Source: Betaproteobacteria bacterium
GTDB taxonomy: Bacteria; Pseudomonadota; Gammaproteobacteria; Burkholderiales; Casimicrobiaceae
Assembly (NCBI GenBank): GCA_016716425.1
Contig: JADJWJ010000007.1
Span: 93,888 to 157,887 of the forward strand
DNA: 64,000 nt
Direction of reading: 5' to 3'
Shown here: positions 38,307 to 47,792 of the stretch, piece by piece
Layout: each line of letters opens with the position of its first letter
Numbering within the stretch: the stretch's first letter is position 1
Translations under genes and position numbers: made by a program
Notes under the pieces: generated by a model
Database searches by the model: none
What the model was told of the DNA's origin: nothing
Seen by the model: the letters and a program-made list of their open reading frames with translations, nothing else

Positions 38307-38381
38307 GGGAAGGCTGGCGGAAACGCCACGGCACGTCCCGTGACCGTGGATCGGGCGGAAGGCTAACGCCCACCCGGGCAC

Positions 38382-38400
38382 TGGTCAAGTGGCATGACCA
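38382..38400. promoter_or_regulatory. Inverted repeat TGGTCA-N7-TGACCA (candidate FadR/GntR-type operator)
   Basis: It lies in the divergent 175-bp regulator-regulator intergenic region. Confidence 0.4.
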
Positions 38401-38419
38401 ATTGACAATCGGGCGATTG

Positions 38420-38439
38420 CTTGTATGCTAGCATACAAG
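38420..38439. promoter_or_regulatory. Perfect 20-bp palindrome CTTGTATGCTAGCATACAAG (candidate GntR-family operator)
   Basis: It has the GT-N-AC cores typical of GntR operators. It lies in an AT-richer patch 43 nt upstream of the second regulator start. Confidence 0.5.
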
Positions 38440-38481
38440 TAACACCATGCCCTGCGAAGCCCGGACTCCCCTGCTCGATCC

Positions 38482-39210
38482 ATGGCCGCCGCCCTCGCCC
38501 TGCCCGAACGCCGCCGCGGCTCCGCGGGGATGGTCTATGCGTGGCTGCGCGACGAGATTCTCGCCGGACGCCTGCGCCCGGGACAGGCGCTGTCGGAGAA
38601 CGAGGTCGCGCAGCGGCTTTCCGTCAGCCGCACGCCCGTGCGCGAGGCGATCATCCGGCTCGAAGGGGAAGGGCTCCTGGCGGTGCGGCCGCAGGTCGGC
38701 ACGTCCGTCGCGCCGATCGACGTCGACGCGGTCGCCGACGTGCAGTTCCTGCGCGAGTCGATCGAGTGCCGGACGGTCGCGCTCGCCGCACAGCGGGTGA
38801 CGCCGGCCGACGTCAGGGATCTGCGCGCGCAACTGAAGGAGCAGGCGCGCGTGGCCGCGCGCGGCGACCACGCGGCGTTCGTCCCGCTCGACGACCGGAT
38901 GCACCAGAAGCTCGTCGCGATGGCGGGCCGTCCACGCGTCTGGCACGCCATCGAGGATGCGAAGGCGCAGCTCGACCGGGTCCGCTTCCTTTCGCTGGAA
39001 GACCCGGCGTGGCTCGCCACGATCCACCGCCAGCACGAGGACATCGTCGGGCGCGTGATTGCCGGCGATGCCGACGGCGCGTCCGCAGCGATGTCGCAGC
39101 ACCTGCGCGCCGTGTTCGCGTCGATCGCGACGATCGCGCAGCAGAGCCCCGAATACTTCCGCGGCGCGCCGGTCCCGCCGGTCGATCGCGCCGCGGTCAA
39201 CGAACCCTGA
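38482..39210 (+). CDS. GntR-family transcriptional regulator (FCD subfamily)
   Basis: LSENEVAQRLSVSRTPVREAIIRLEGEGLL HTH region and an FCD-like C-domain. Confidence 0.9.
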   Translation: MAAALALPERRRGSAGMVYAWLRDEILAGRLRPGQALSENEVAQRLSVSRTPVREAIIRLEGEGLLAVRPQVGTSVAPIDVDAVADVQFLRESIECRTVALAAQRVTPADVRDLRAQLKEQARVAARGDHAAFVPLDDRMHQKLVAMAGRPRVWHAIEDAKAQLDRVRFLSLEDPAWLATIHRQHEDIVGRVIAGDADGASAAMSQHLRAVFASIATIAQQSPEYFRGAPVPPVDRAAVNEP

Positions 39211-39229
39211 CCGGCCCGGAGGAATCCCC

Positions 39230-40201
39230 ATGAAGCTTCTGTACAGGCTGCTCGCGCTCGCCTCGCTCTGCGTCGCCGCGGCGCTACCCGCCGCTGCGCA
39301 GACCGTGCTCAACGTCAACACGGCGCTGACCACCGACGATCCGATGTACGCGGGGCTCGAGCGGATGAAGGCCAACGTCGAGAAGCGCACTGCAGGCAAG
39401 CTCACGATCCGCATCTATCCGGGCTCGCAGCTCGGCAAGGACGAGGACGTGCTCGAACAGGCGCGCGCCGGCGCCAACGTCGCCGTGCTGGTCGACGGCG
39501 GGCGGCTCGCGCCGTTCGTGAAGGAGTTCGGGATCATGGGCGCGCCGTACCTCGTCGACAACTTCGACCAGGTGCTGCGGCTGACCGGCTCGCCGCTGTT
39601 CCGCGGCTGGGTCGACAAACTGCGCAACGCGGCCAATCTGCAGGTGCTCGCCTTCGACTGGTTCCAGGGCCACCGCCACGTGCTGACCAATGTCGCGGTC
39701 AAGACGCCGGCCGACCTCAAGGGCATCCGGATGCGCACGCCCGGCGCGCCGGTGTGGCTCGAGACCGTCCGCGCGATGGGCGCGACGCCGACGGGCATGC
39801 CGTGGTCCGAGGTGTACTCGGCGCTGCAGACCAAGGTGATCGACGGTGCCGAGGCGCAGCACCCGGCCGTCTACGGCGCGCGCCTGTACGAGGTGGTCAA
39901 GATCATCACCAAGACCGAGCACATCTACCTCATCACCGGCATCGTCACGTCGCGCACGTGGTTCGACAAGCTGCCGGCCGACCAGCAGGCGATCCTGCTG
40001 GAGGAGACCGTCGCCGCCGGCAAGTGGGCGTCGGAGAAGACGATCGAGTCGCTCGCCGATTACGAGAAGAAGCTGCGCGAGAAGGGCGTGTCGGTGGTCG
40101 AAATCGACAAGACGCCGTTCCGGAACGCGACGGCCGGCGTGTACGCGACGCTGGGCTACACGGACCTGCGCAAGGAAGTCGACAGGGCCCTCGGGAAGTG
40201 A
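39230..40201 (+). CDS. TRAP transporter substrate-binding protein (DctP family)
   Basis: GGAGG precedes ATG 39230. It has a signal peptide MKLLYRLLALASLCVAAALPAAAQ and a DctP-like body. Confidence 0.9.
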   Translation: MKLLYRLLALASLCVAAALPAAAQTVLNVNTALTTDDPMYAGLERMKANVEKRTAGKLTIRIYPGSQLGKDEDVLEQARAGANVAVLVDGGRLAPFVKEFGIMGAPYLVDNFDQVLRLTGSPLFRGWVDKLRNAANLQVLAFDWFQGHRHVLTNVAVKTPADLKGIRMRTPGAPVWLETVRAMGATPTGMPWSEVYSALQTKVIDGAEAQHPAVYGARLYEVVKIITKTEHIYLITGIVTSRTWFDKLPADQQAILLEETVAAGKWASEKTIESLADYEKKLREKGVSVVEIDKTPFRNATAGVYATLGYTDLRKEVDRALGK

Positions 40202-40215
40202 CACCAGGCATTTCC

Positions 40216-40341
40216 GTGTCATCCCGACGAGCGCAGCGGCGAGGGATTTCGTGCGCCACCGACGCCGCCTCACCCCGACGAGCGCAGCGGCGAGGGATCG
40301 CGTGAGCCACAGCAGAACCCTCCCTTCGGTCGGGATGACAC
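40216..40341. repeat. REP family 1 composite bounded by 13-bp terminal inverted repeats GTGTCATCCCGAC / GTCGGGATGACAC
   Basis: Two direct 50-bp-spaced units (CCCGACGAGCGCAGCGGCGAGGGAT) lie between the inverted termini. The architecture is MITE-like. Confidence 0.8.
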
Positions 40342-40393
40342 GCGCGGAGAAATCTGCATCTTCCCGGCACGCATGGACCCCGGAGGCTCGCCG

Positions 40394-40891
40394 ATGACGA
40401 TGCGCCTGCTCAACCGCCTCGCGCACGCCGAGGAGATCGTCGCCCGCGCCTGCCTGGGCGCGTGCGCGGCGCTCGTGTTCGTCGCAGCGGTGAGCCGGGC
40501 GCTCGGCGCCCCGGTGCTGTGGGCGATCGACATCGCGATGCTGCTGTTCATCTGGTGCGCGTTCCTGGGCTCCGACGCCGCGCTGCGCAAGCACCAGCAC
40601 CTCATCATCGACATCGTCGTGCGTCTGCTGCCGCAGCCCGCGCAGCGCGCGCTGCTGATCGCGCACTGGACGATCATGGTCGTGTTCCTGCTGACGCTCG
40701 TCGTGCTCGGCACCCAGTTGACGCTGCTCAACGTGCAGCGGCCGATGGGCGACACCGAGATTTCCTACGCGTACGTCACCGCGGCGGTCCCGGTCGGTTC
40801 GCTGCTGATGGCGATCACCGCGGCGGCGCAGCTCGTCGCGTTCTGGCGCAACCGCGAGCTGACGTTCGGCGGCGGCGAGAGCCCGCTGTGA
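40394..40891 (+). CDS. TRAP transporter small permease (DctQ family)
   Basis: GGAGG lies 7 nt upstream of ATG 40394. It has 4 TM helices. Confidence 0.85.
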   Translation: MTMRLLNRLAHAEEIVARACLGACAALVFVAAVSRALGAPVLWAIDIAMLLFIWCAFLGSDAALRKHQHLIIDIVVRLLPQPAQRALLIAHWTIMVVFLLTLVVLGTQLTLLNVQRPMGDTEISYAYVTAAVPVGSLLMAITAAAQLVAFWRNRELTFGGGESPL

Positions 40892-42168
40892 CCTTCGCAC
40901 TCTCCGGGCTCTTCCTCGCGCTGATGTTTCTCGGCATGCCGGTCGCGTTCGCGGTCGGCGTGGCCAGCCTCGTGTTCTTCCTGACCTCCGACACGATCCC
41001 GGCGCAGATCGGCGTGCAGCGGATCGCGTCGGCGACGCAGTCGTTTCCGCTGCTCGCCGTTCCGCTGTTCGTGCTCGCCGGCAACCTGATGAACGTGTCG
41101 GGCATCACCGACCGGATCATCTCGCTCGCCAAGGTGATGACCGGCTGGATCACGGGCGGCCTCGCGCAGGTGGCGATCGTCGTGTCGGCGCTGATGGGCG
41201 GCGTGTCCGGCTCGGCGGTGGCCGACGCCGCGATGGAGGCGCGCATCCTGGGGCCGGCGATGCTGAAGCAGGGATTCTCGCGCGGCTTCTCGTGCGCGGT
41301 GATCGCCGTCGGCTCGCTGATCACCGCGACGATCCCGCCGTCGATCGGGCTCATCCTGTACGGCTTCCTGGGCAACGTGTCGATCGGCAAGCTCTTCATC
41401 GGCGGCATCGTGCCGGGGCTGCTGATGACGCTGATCCTCATGACGACCACGTGGTCGATCGCCCGGCGACGCGGCTACAAGCCGGACGCGCCGTTCCCCG
41501 GCCTCCGGGAACTGCTGCGCGAGCTGAACCACAGCAAGTGGGCGCTGTTGTTCCCCGTGTTCCTGGTGATCGGCATCCGCTTCGGCATCTTCACGCCGTC
41601 GGAGGTCGGCGCCTTCGCCGTCGCCTACGCGCTTGCCGTCGGCGTGTTCGCGTACCGGCAGCTCGACTGGAAGCGCGTCAACGAGGCGTTGCGGCACAGC
41701 GTCCACGACATCGGGATGATCATGCTGATCATCATGCTCTCCGCGATGATCGGCTACGTGATCTCGCTGGAGCAGGTGCCCGCCAGGGCCGCCGAGTGGA
41801 TCGTCGGCGTCACGCAGAACCGCCACCTGCTGCTGACGATGCTGGTGATCTTCGTCCTGCTCCTCGGCATGGTTCTCGAGAGCACGGTGATCACGCTGCT
41901 GCTCACCCCCATCCTGGTGCCCATCGTGGTCAAGGCCGGCATCGACCCCGTCCACTTCGGCCTCGTGATGATGAGCGCGACCACGCTCGGCAGCATGACA
42001 CCGCCGGTGGGTGTCGCGATGTTCACCGTGTGCGGGCTCCTGAAGACGCCGCTCGACCAGTACACGAAGGAGGCGATCCCGCTGATACTCGCGGTGATCA
42101 CGCTGATCTTCACGATGGCATACTTTCCCGGCATCGTGATGTTCCTGCCCAACCTGCTGATGCCCTAG
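40888..42168 (+). CDS. TRAP transporter large permease (DctM family)
   Basis: The GTG start overlaps the dctQ stop (GTGA). About 426 aa and intact. It contains a [15 protein letters not shown] motif. Confidence 0.9.
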   Translation: MTFALSGLFLALMFLGMPVAFAVGVASLVFFLTSDTIPAQIGVQRIASATQSFPLLAVPLFVLAGNLMNVSGITDRIISLAKVMTGWITGGLAQVAIVVSALMGGVSGSAVADAAMEARILGPAMLKQGFSRGFSCAVIAVGSLITATIPPSIGLILYGFLGNVSIGKLFIGGIVPGLLMTLILMTTTWSIARRRGYKPDAPFPGLRELLRELNHSKWALLFPVFLVIGIRFGIFTPSEVGAFAVAYALAVGVFAYRQLDWKRVNEALRHSVHDIGMIMLIIMLSAMIGYVISLEQVPARAAEWIVGVTQNRHLLLTMLVIFVLLLGMVLESTVITLLLTPILVPIVVKAGIDPVHFGLVMMSATTLGSMTPPVGVAMFTVCGLLKTPLDQYTKEAIPLILAVITLIFTMAYFPGIVMFLPNLLMP

Positions 42169-42254
42169 CATGGAACGGCCCCCACGCTCGCTTCGCTCGC
42201 TGCCCCCCGAGGGGGAAGATCATTCCCTCGGGACGGCCCTTCGGGAATGATGAC
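42169..42254. repeat. REP family 2 copy (CCCCCACGCTCGCTTCGCTCGCTGCCCCCCGAGGGGG plus hairpin TCATTCCC-N16-GGGAATGA)
   Basis: It fills the whole gap between the dctM stop and the next ATG at 42255. Confidence 0.85.
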
Positions 42255-43505
42255 ATGAGCTCCACCACGATCGCCGCGATCCGCGCCACCCCCGTCACCG
42301 TCCCGCTGGAGGCGCCGATCCTGCACAGCAACGGCGCGCACTGGGGCCGCTTCGTGCGCACGATCGTCGAGGTCGAGACCGCCGACGGCTACCTGGGCCT
42401 GGGCGAGATGGGCGGCGGCGGCGAGGACGCCACCCGCGCATTCGCCGGCCTCGTCCCCTACCTCTCCGGTCACGACGTGTTCGCGCTGGAGGCGCTCAAG
42501 CTCAAGATCTGCAACCCGACCGCGAGCCTCTACAACAACCGGACCCAGCTGCACGCGGCGATCGAGTTCGCGTGCCTCGACATCATGGGCCAGAAGCTCG
42601 GCGTGCCGGTGCACGCGCTGCTGGGCGGGAAGCTGCGCGACACCGTGGAATTCGCGAGCTACCTCTTCTTCCGCTACGCGGACGCCGCGACCGGCCGGGG
42701 CGAAGTGCGCACGGCGGACCAGCTGGTCGCGCACGCGGCCGCGCTCAAGGCCGCACACGGCTTCACGTCGCACAAGTTGAAGGGCGGCGTCTACCCGCCC
42801 GCGCACGAGCTCGCGTGCTACCGGGCGCTCGCCGCGTCGCTTCCGGGCGAGCGCTTCCGCTACGACCCCAACTCCGCGCTGTCGCTGGCCGACGCCATCG
42901 AGTTCGGCCGCAGCATCCTCGACCTCCGCAACGACTACTACGAGGACCCGGTCTGGGGCATGCCGCAGATGAAGCGGCTGAAGGACTTCGTGCCGCTGCC
43001 GACGGCGACCAACAGCGTGGTCGTGAACTTCGAGCAGCTCGCGCAGAACGTGCAGACCGGCGCCGTCGACGTGATCCTGCTCGACACGACGTTCTGGGGC
43101 GGCATCCGGCCCTGCCTCAAGGCCGCCGGCGTCTGCGAGACGATGGGTCTCGGCGTGGCCGTGCACAGCTCGGGCGAACTGGGCGTGCAGCTCGCGACGA
43201 TGCTGCACATGGGCGCGGTCGTGCCGAACCTCGGCTACGCGGCCGACGCGCACTACCACCACCTGACCGACGACGTGATCGCCGGCGGCCTCATGCGCTA
43301 CGAGAACGGCGCGATCCGCGTGCCGGACGCGCCCGGCCTGGGCGTCACGCTCGACCGCGACCGCCTCGCCCGCTACCACGAACTCTTCCGCGAGCTCGGC
43401 GGCTATCCGTACGACCGCGATCCCGGCCGCCCCGGGTGGTTCGCCCACGTGCCCAACAGCGCCTGGGCGGATCCGGCCGCTTCGCTGCGCCCTGCGCTAA
43501 GATAG
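42255..43505 (+). CDS. Enolase-superfamily dehydratase, glucarate dehydratase (GudD)-like subgroup
   Basis: 416 aa. [21 protein letters not shown] and NDYYEDP motifs and a HKLKGG region. Confidence 0.8.
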   Translation: MSSTTIAAIRATPVTVPLEAPILHSNGAHWGRFVRTIVEVETADGYLGLGEMGGGGEDATRAFAGLVPYLSGHDVFALEALKLKICNPTASLYNNRTQLHAAIEFACLDIMGQKLGVPVHALLGGKLRDTVEFASYLFFRYADAATGRGEVRTADQLVAHAAALKAAHGFTSHKLKGGVYPPAHELACYRALAASLPGERFRYDPNSALSLADAIEFGRSILDLRNDYYEDPVWGMPQMKRLKDFVPLPTATNSVVVNFEQLAQNVQTGAVDVILLDTTFWGGIRPCLKAAGVCETMGLGVAVHSSGELGVQLATMLHMGAVVPNLGYAADAHYHHLTDDVIAGGLMRYENGAIRVPDAPGLGVTLDRDRLARYHELFRELGGYPYDRDPGRPGWFAHVPNSAWADPAASLRPALR

Positions 43506-43521
43506 CCGGGCAACGCCATTA

Positions 43522-43585
43522 TTTGCACAGAGGCGCAGAGGCGCGGAGAGAAGCTCTCTCGGCGTGTCTGCGCCTCTTCGTGGAA
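43522..43585. repeat. REP family 3 copy (TTTGCACAGAGGCGCAGAGGCGCGGAGAG ... CTCTCTCGGCGTGTCTGCGCCTCTTCGTGGAA)
   Basis: An imperfect palindrome between the enolase stop and the SDR start. Confidence 0.75.
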
Positions 43586-43613
43586 GCTGTTCCTACTACC
43601 GGGAGGAAACACC

Positions 43614-44369
43614 ATGGCGGGACGACTCGCCGGCAAGACGGCGCTGGTGACGGCCGCCGGTCAGGGCATGGGGTTCGCGTGCGCGATGCAGATGGCCGCC
43701 GAAGGGGCGACCGTGCACGCGACCGACGTGAACCCGCAGCTGCTCGACGCGTTCCGCGGCGTGGCCAACGTGACCACGCGCCCGCTCGACGTGCTCGACG
43801 ACGACGCCGTGCGCCGCGTGATCGGCGAACTGCCCCCGCTCGACGTGCTGTTCAATTGCGCGGGCTACGTGCACCACGGGTCGATCCTCGAGTGCGCGGC
43901 GAAGGACTGGGACTTCAGCATGAACCTCAATGTCCGGTCGATGTACGTCGCGATCCAGGCGGCAGCGCCGAAGATGCTCGACCTGCACCAGAAGACCGGC
44001 AAGTGGGCGTCGATCATCAACATGGCGTCCGTCGCAGGCTCGATCAAGGGCCTGCCGAACCGCTTCGTCTACGGGACCAGCAAGGCGGCGGTCATCGGTC
44101 TCACCAAGTCAGTCGCGGCCGACTTCGTGCAGAAGGGCATCCGCTGCAACGCGATCGCCCCGGGCACCGTCGACACGCCGTCGCTGACCGACCGCATCAA
44201 CGCGTTCGCCGACCCGGTCGAGGCGCGCAGGATGTTCGTCGCGCGACAGCCGATGGGGCGGCTCGCGAAGGCCGAGGAGATCGCGCCGGTCGTGATCTTC
44301 CTCGCGTCCGACGAGTCCGCGTTCGCGACGGGGCAGGTGTTTTCCGTCGACGGCGGCATGACGATATGA
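43614..44369 (+). CDS. SDR-family oxidoreductase (2-keto-3-deoxy-sugar-acid dehydrogenase-like)
   Basis: TAAGQGMG cofactor motif and a YGTSK catalytic motif. Confidence 0.85.
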   Translation: MAGRLAGKTALVTAAGQGMGFACAMQMAAEGATVHATDVNPQLLDAFRGVANVTTRPLDVLDDDAVRRVIGELPPLDVLFNCAGYVHHGSILECAAKDWDFSMNLNVRSMYVAIQAAAPKMLDLHQKTGKWASIINMASVAGSIKGLPNRFVYGTSKAAVIGLTKSVAADFVQKGIRCNAIAPGTVDTPSLTDRINAFADPVEARRMFVARQPMGRLAKAEEIAPVVIFLASDESAFATGQVFSVDGGMTI

Positions 44370-44434
44370 AAACGTCTGATGGACCCGGGGCGGCGCGGCC
44401 GCCCCGTCTTTGAGATTTTCTATCGGGAGGACTT

Positions 44435-45292
44435 ATGAAGCTGGTACGTTACGGACCCGCGGGCAAGGAGAAGCCCGGCCTCATCGACGCCGACGGCAAG
44501 CTGCGCGACCTGTCGAAGAAGGTCAAGGACATCGACGGCGCGACGCTTGCGCCGGCCGAACTCGCCAAGCTCGCGAAGCTGGATCCGAAGAAGCTGCCGC
44601 TGGTCAAGGGCAAGCCCCGGCTCGGATCCTGCGTGGCCAAGCCGTCGCAGTTCGTCGCGATCGGGCTGAACTACATCGACCACGCGAAGGAGACCGGCTC
44701 GCCGATCCCGGAGAACCCGGTCGTGTTCTTCAAGTCGCCGGGGTGCATCGTGGGGCCAAACGACAACGTGATGGTGCCGCGGAATTCGACGCAGCTCGAC
44801 TGGGAGGTCGAGCTCGGCATCGTGATCGGCCGCAAGGCGAGCTACGTCGACCGGAAGGACGCGATGAAGCACGTCGCCGGCTACTGCCTGGTCAACGACG
44901 TGTCCGAGCGGGACTTCCAGTTGAAGAAGGGCGCGTCGCAGTGGAGCAAGGGCAAGGGCTGCGACACGTTCGGCCCGCTCGGGCCCTGGCTGGTGACGAA
45001 AGACGAGATCAAGGACGTGCAGAACCTCGGCATGTGGCTCGACGTCAATGGCGAAAGGCGACAGCGCGGCAACACGAAGACGATGATCTTCGGCGTCGCC
45101 GATCTCGTCGCCGACGTCTCGCAATACATGACGCTGGTGCCGGGCGACGTGATCACGACCGGCACGCCGCCGGGTGTCGGCATGGGCATGAAGCCGCAGC
45201 AGTGGCTGAAGGCCGGCGACGTCGTCACGCTCGGCATAGAGGGGCTGGGCGAGCAGCGGCAGAAGGTGGTGCCGTTCAAGGGGCGCAAGTAG
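44435..45292 (+). CDS. Fumarylacetoacetate hydrolase (FAH) family protein, short form
   Basis: 285 aa. MKLVRYG...GLNYIDHA...E.ELG..IG...TGTPPGVG pattern. Confidence 0.85.
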   Translation: MKLVRYGPAGKEKPGLIDADGKLRDLSKKVKDIDGATLAPAELAKLAKLDPKKLPLVKGKPRLGSCVAKPSQFVAIGLNYIDHAKETGSPIPENPVVFFKSPGCIVGPNDNVMVPRNSTQLDWEVELGIVIGRKASYVDRKDAMKHVAGYCLVNDVSERDFQLKKGASQWSKGKGCDTFGPLGPWLVTKDEIKDVQNLGMWLDVNGERRQRGNTKTMIFGVADLVADVSQYMTLVPGDVITTGTPPGVGMGMKPQQWLKAGDVVTLGIEGLGEQRQKVVPFKGRK

Positions 45293-45300
45293 CCGGACGC

Positions 45301-45468
45301 CCCTCACCCCGACCCTCTCCCCGCTGCACGAGGAGAGGGAGGGCCGTGGAAGCGGCGCGCCGAGCCGCCGTGGTGGCGCAGTTTGCCCGAGCGGCGCCCG
45401 ATTGCCCGAGCGGCGGCCAATGCCACCCCCCTCTCCCCGCGTCAGCGGGGAGAGGGCTGGGGTGAGGG
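45301..45468. repeat. REP/MITE-like element with 24-bp terminal inverted repeats CCCTCACCCCGACCCTCTCCCCGC / GCGGGGAGAGGGCTGGGGTGAGGG
   Basis: The arms match at 22/24 positions. There is an internal perfect hairpin CCTCTCCCCGC-GTCA-GCGGGGAGAGG (45429-45455) and an internal direct repeat TGCCCGAGCGGCG. Confidence 0.8.
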
Positions 45469-46206
45469 GCCGCCGCGCGCGAAGAACAGGAGCCCGAGCG
45501 CGCCGGCGACCGCCAGCGCCGCGCCGGCCCGCGGTCGAACGCGAGGCTGATGCAGACGAGGCCCCCCGGTCACCGTCAGCATGCCGCGCACGTCGATGTG
45601 GCGGTCAGCCTGGTCGTCGCGCGACTCCTGTGCGTAGCGCAGCATCAGCCAGATCGCGGCCGCGCAGAACGGGATGTTGACGAAGTACACGCCGCGCCAG
45701 CTGGCGTACTCGGCAACGGTGCCGCCGACGAACGGCCCCAGCGTCTGGCCGATCGCGGACACGCCGAGCACGACGCCGATCGCACGCGCCTGCCGTGCGC
45801 CCGAGAACGTGCCCGACACGATCGCGATGGCCACGGGGAAGATCAGCACCGCGCCTGCGCCGTGCACGACGCGCCACGCGATCAGCCAGAGCTCGTGCGT
45901 TGCCATGCCGCACAGCGCGGAAACGACGCCGAACGCCGCGAGCCCGATCACGATGATCCGCCGGCGTCCGTAGACGTCGGCGAGCCTTCCTGCCGTCACC
46001 ATCAGCGCGCCGATCGACAGCATGTAGCCGCTGACGACCCACTGCAGGTCGGTGGCGGGCACGCCGAAGTGCCGCGCGATTGCCGGCAGCGCGAGGTTGA
46101 GCGCGAACCAGTCCATCTGCACGATCAGCATCGCGAGCGCGCACGCGGCGATCGCGAGCTTCTCGTCGCGAGAGAACGCGAGCGCGGCGTCAGGCGCTTC
46201 GTTCAC
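45442..46206 (-). pseudogene. MFS (DHA2/EmrB-like) transporter, 5' fragment only
   Basis: 254 aa covering about the first 6-7 TM helices (GRLADVYGRRR motif). The C-terminal residues GGPSPQPSPR and the stop are encoded by the REP arm. The FAH gene begins 150 bp beyond, so there is no room for the missing half. A C6 run at 45562-45567 may add a frameshift. Confidence 0.65.
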
Positions 46207-46213
46207 GGGATCG

Positions 46214-46290
46214 CTTCACAAAGGGACGCGGTGGCGCCGAGTACCTGCGGGAAATTGCTTCCTCGGCGTCTCTGCGCCTCTTTGCGAAGG
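46214..46290. repeat. REP family 3 copy (degenerate left arm; right arm CCTCGGCGTCTCTGCGCCTCTTTGCGAAGG)
   Basis: It lies between the aldehyde dehydrogenase stop and the MFS fragment start. Confidence 0.7.
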
Positions 46291-46293
46291 GTT

Positions 46294-47733
46294 CTACGCC
46301 GCCGTGTACGCCGTCTTGACCGTCGTGAAGAACTCGGCGGCGTAGCGCCCCTGCTCGCGCGGGCCGTAGCTCGAGCCCTTGCGGCCGCCGAAGGGCACGT
46401 GGTAGTCCACGCCCGCCGTCGGCACGTTCACCATCACCATGCCCGCCTGCGAGTGGCGCTTGAAGTGCGTCGCGTACTTGAGCGACGTCGTCACGATGCC
46501 GGCGGACAGGCCGAACTCGGTATCGTTGGCGAGCGCGAGTGCCTCGTCGTAGTCCTTCGCGCGGATCACGCACGCGACCGGGCCGAAGATCTCCTCGCGC
46601 GCGATGCGCATCGCGTTGCTTGCCTCGGTGAAGAGCGCCGGCGACAGGTAATAGCCGTCGGTCGCCCGCTGCAGCCGCTCGCCGCCGGTCAGCAGGCGCG
46701 CACCCTCGGCCTGGCCGACCTCGAGGTACTTGCAGTCGACGTCGAGCTGGCTCTCGTCTACGACCGGGCCGATGTCGGTGCCGGCGAGCAGCGCGTTGTC
46801 GACGCGCAGCGTCTTCAGCTTGTCGGCGACGGCGGCGACGAAGCGGTCGTGGATGCCGGCGGTCACGATGAGCCGCGACGACGCCGTGCACCGCTGGCCG
46901 GTCGAGTAGTACGAGCCCTGCACCGCGCAGTTGACCGCCGTGGGCAGGTCGGCATCGTCGAGCACGACCAGCGGGTTCTTGCCGCCCATTTCCAGCTGCA
47001 CCTTGGCCATCCGTGCGATCGCCTTCGCGGCGATGCCACGGCCGGTGGCGACGCTGCCGGTGAAGCTGATCGCGGTGACGTCCGGATCGTCGACGAGCGC
47101 CTCGCCGACGACGGAGCCGCGGCCCATCGCGAGGTTGAACACGCCCGGCGGCAGGCCGGCGCGCGACAGGATCTCGGCGATCGCCCACGCGCAGCCGGGC
47201 GCCAGGTCGGCCGGCTTGCACACGACGGTGTTGCCGTACGCCAGCGCCGGCGCGATCTTCCACGCGGGAATCGCGATCGGGAAGTTCCACGGCGTGATGA
47301 GGCCGATGACGCCGAGCGGTTCGCGCGTGACCTCGACGTCCACGCCCGGGCGGACGGACGCGAGCTTCTCGCCCGCCATGCGCACGACCTCGCCGGCGAA
47401 GAAGCGGAAGATCTGCCCGGCGCGCGCCGCCTCGCCGATGCCTTCCGGCAGCGTCTTGCCTTCCTCGCGCGACAGCAGCGTGCCGAGCTCGTCGCGGCGG
47501 GCGAGGATCTCGGCGCCGACCTTGTCGAGGATGTTCGCCCGCTCCTGGATCGATCCGGTCGCCCACGCGGGAAACGCGCGCTTCGCGGCGGCAATCGCGG
47601 CCTTCGCCTGCGCCGCGTCGGCCTGCGCGTACTCGCCGACGACGTCGGCGGTGTCCGACGGATTGCGATTGACCGACGCCGTCGCGCCCGCGACCCATTC
47701 GCCTGCGATGTAATTCCTGAACTGTTCGGCCAT
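46294..47733 (-). CDS. NAD(P)-dependent aldehyde dehydrogenase (alpha-ketoglutaric semialdehyde dehydrogenase-like)
   Basis: MAEQFRNYIAGEWV start, WNFP, EMGGKNP and GQRCTA motifs. The 929-aa ORF-track version adds an out-of-frame shadow. Confidence 0.9.
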   Translation of the reverse strand: MAEQFRNYIAGEWVAGATASVNRNPSDTADVVGEYAQADAAQAKAAIAAAKRAFPAWATGSIQERANILDKVGAEILARRDELGTLLSREEGKTLPEGIGEAARAGQIFRFFAGEVVRMAGEKLASVRPGVDVEVTREPLGVIGLITPWNFPIAIPAWKIAPALAYGNTVVCKPADLAPGCAWAIAEILSRAGLPPGVFNLAMGRGSVVGEALVDDPDVTAISFTGSVATGRGIAAKAIARMAKVQLEMGGKNPLVVLDDADLPTAVNCAVQGSYYSTGQRCTASSRLIVTAGIHDRFVAAVADKLKTLRVDNALLAGTDIGPVVDESQLDVDCKYLEVGQAEGARLLTGGERLQRATDGYYLSPALFTEASNAMRIAREEIFGPVACVIRAKDYDEALALANDTEFGLSAGIVTTSLKYATHFKRHSQAGMVMVNVPTAGVDYHVPFGGRKGSSYGPREQGRYAAEFFTTVKTAYTAA

Positions 47734-47792
47734 GATGATCGTTTCCGGGAGAGCGGTCCGCCGGCGGGCACCGCGCCCGCACGGCGCCGTGG

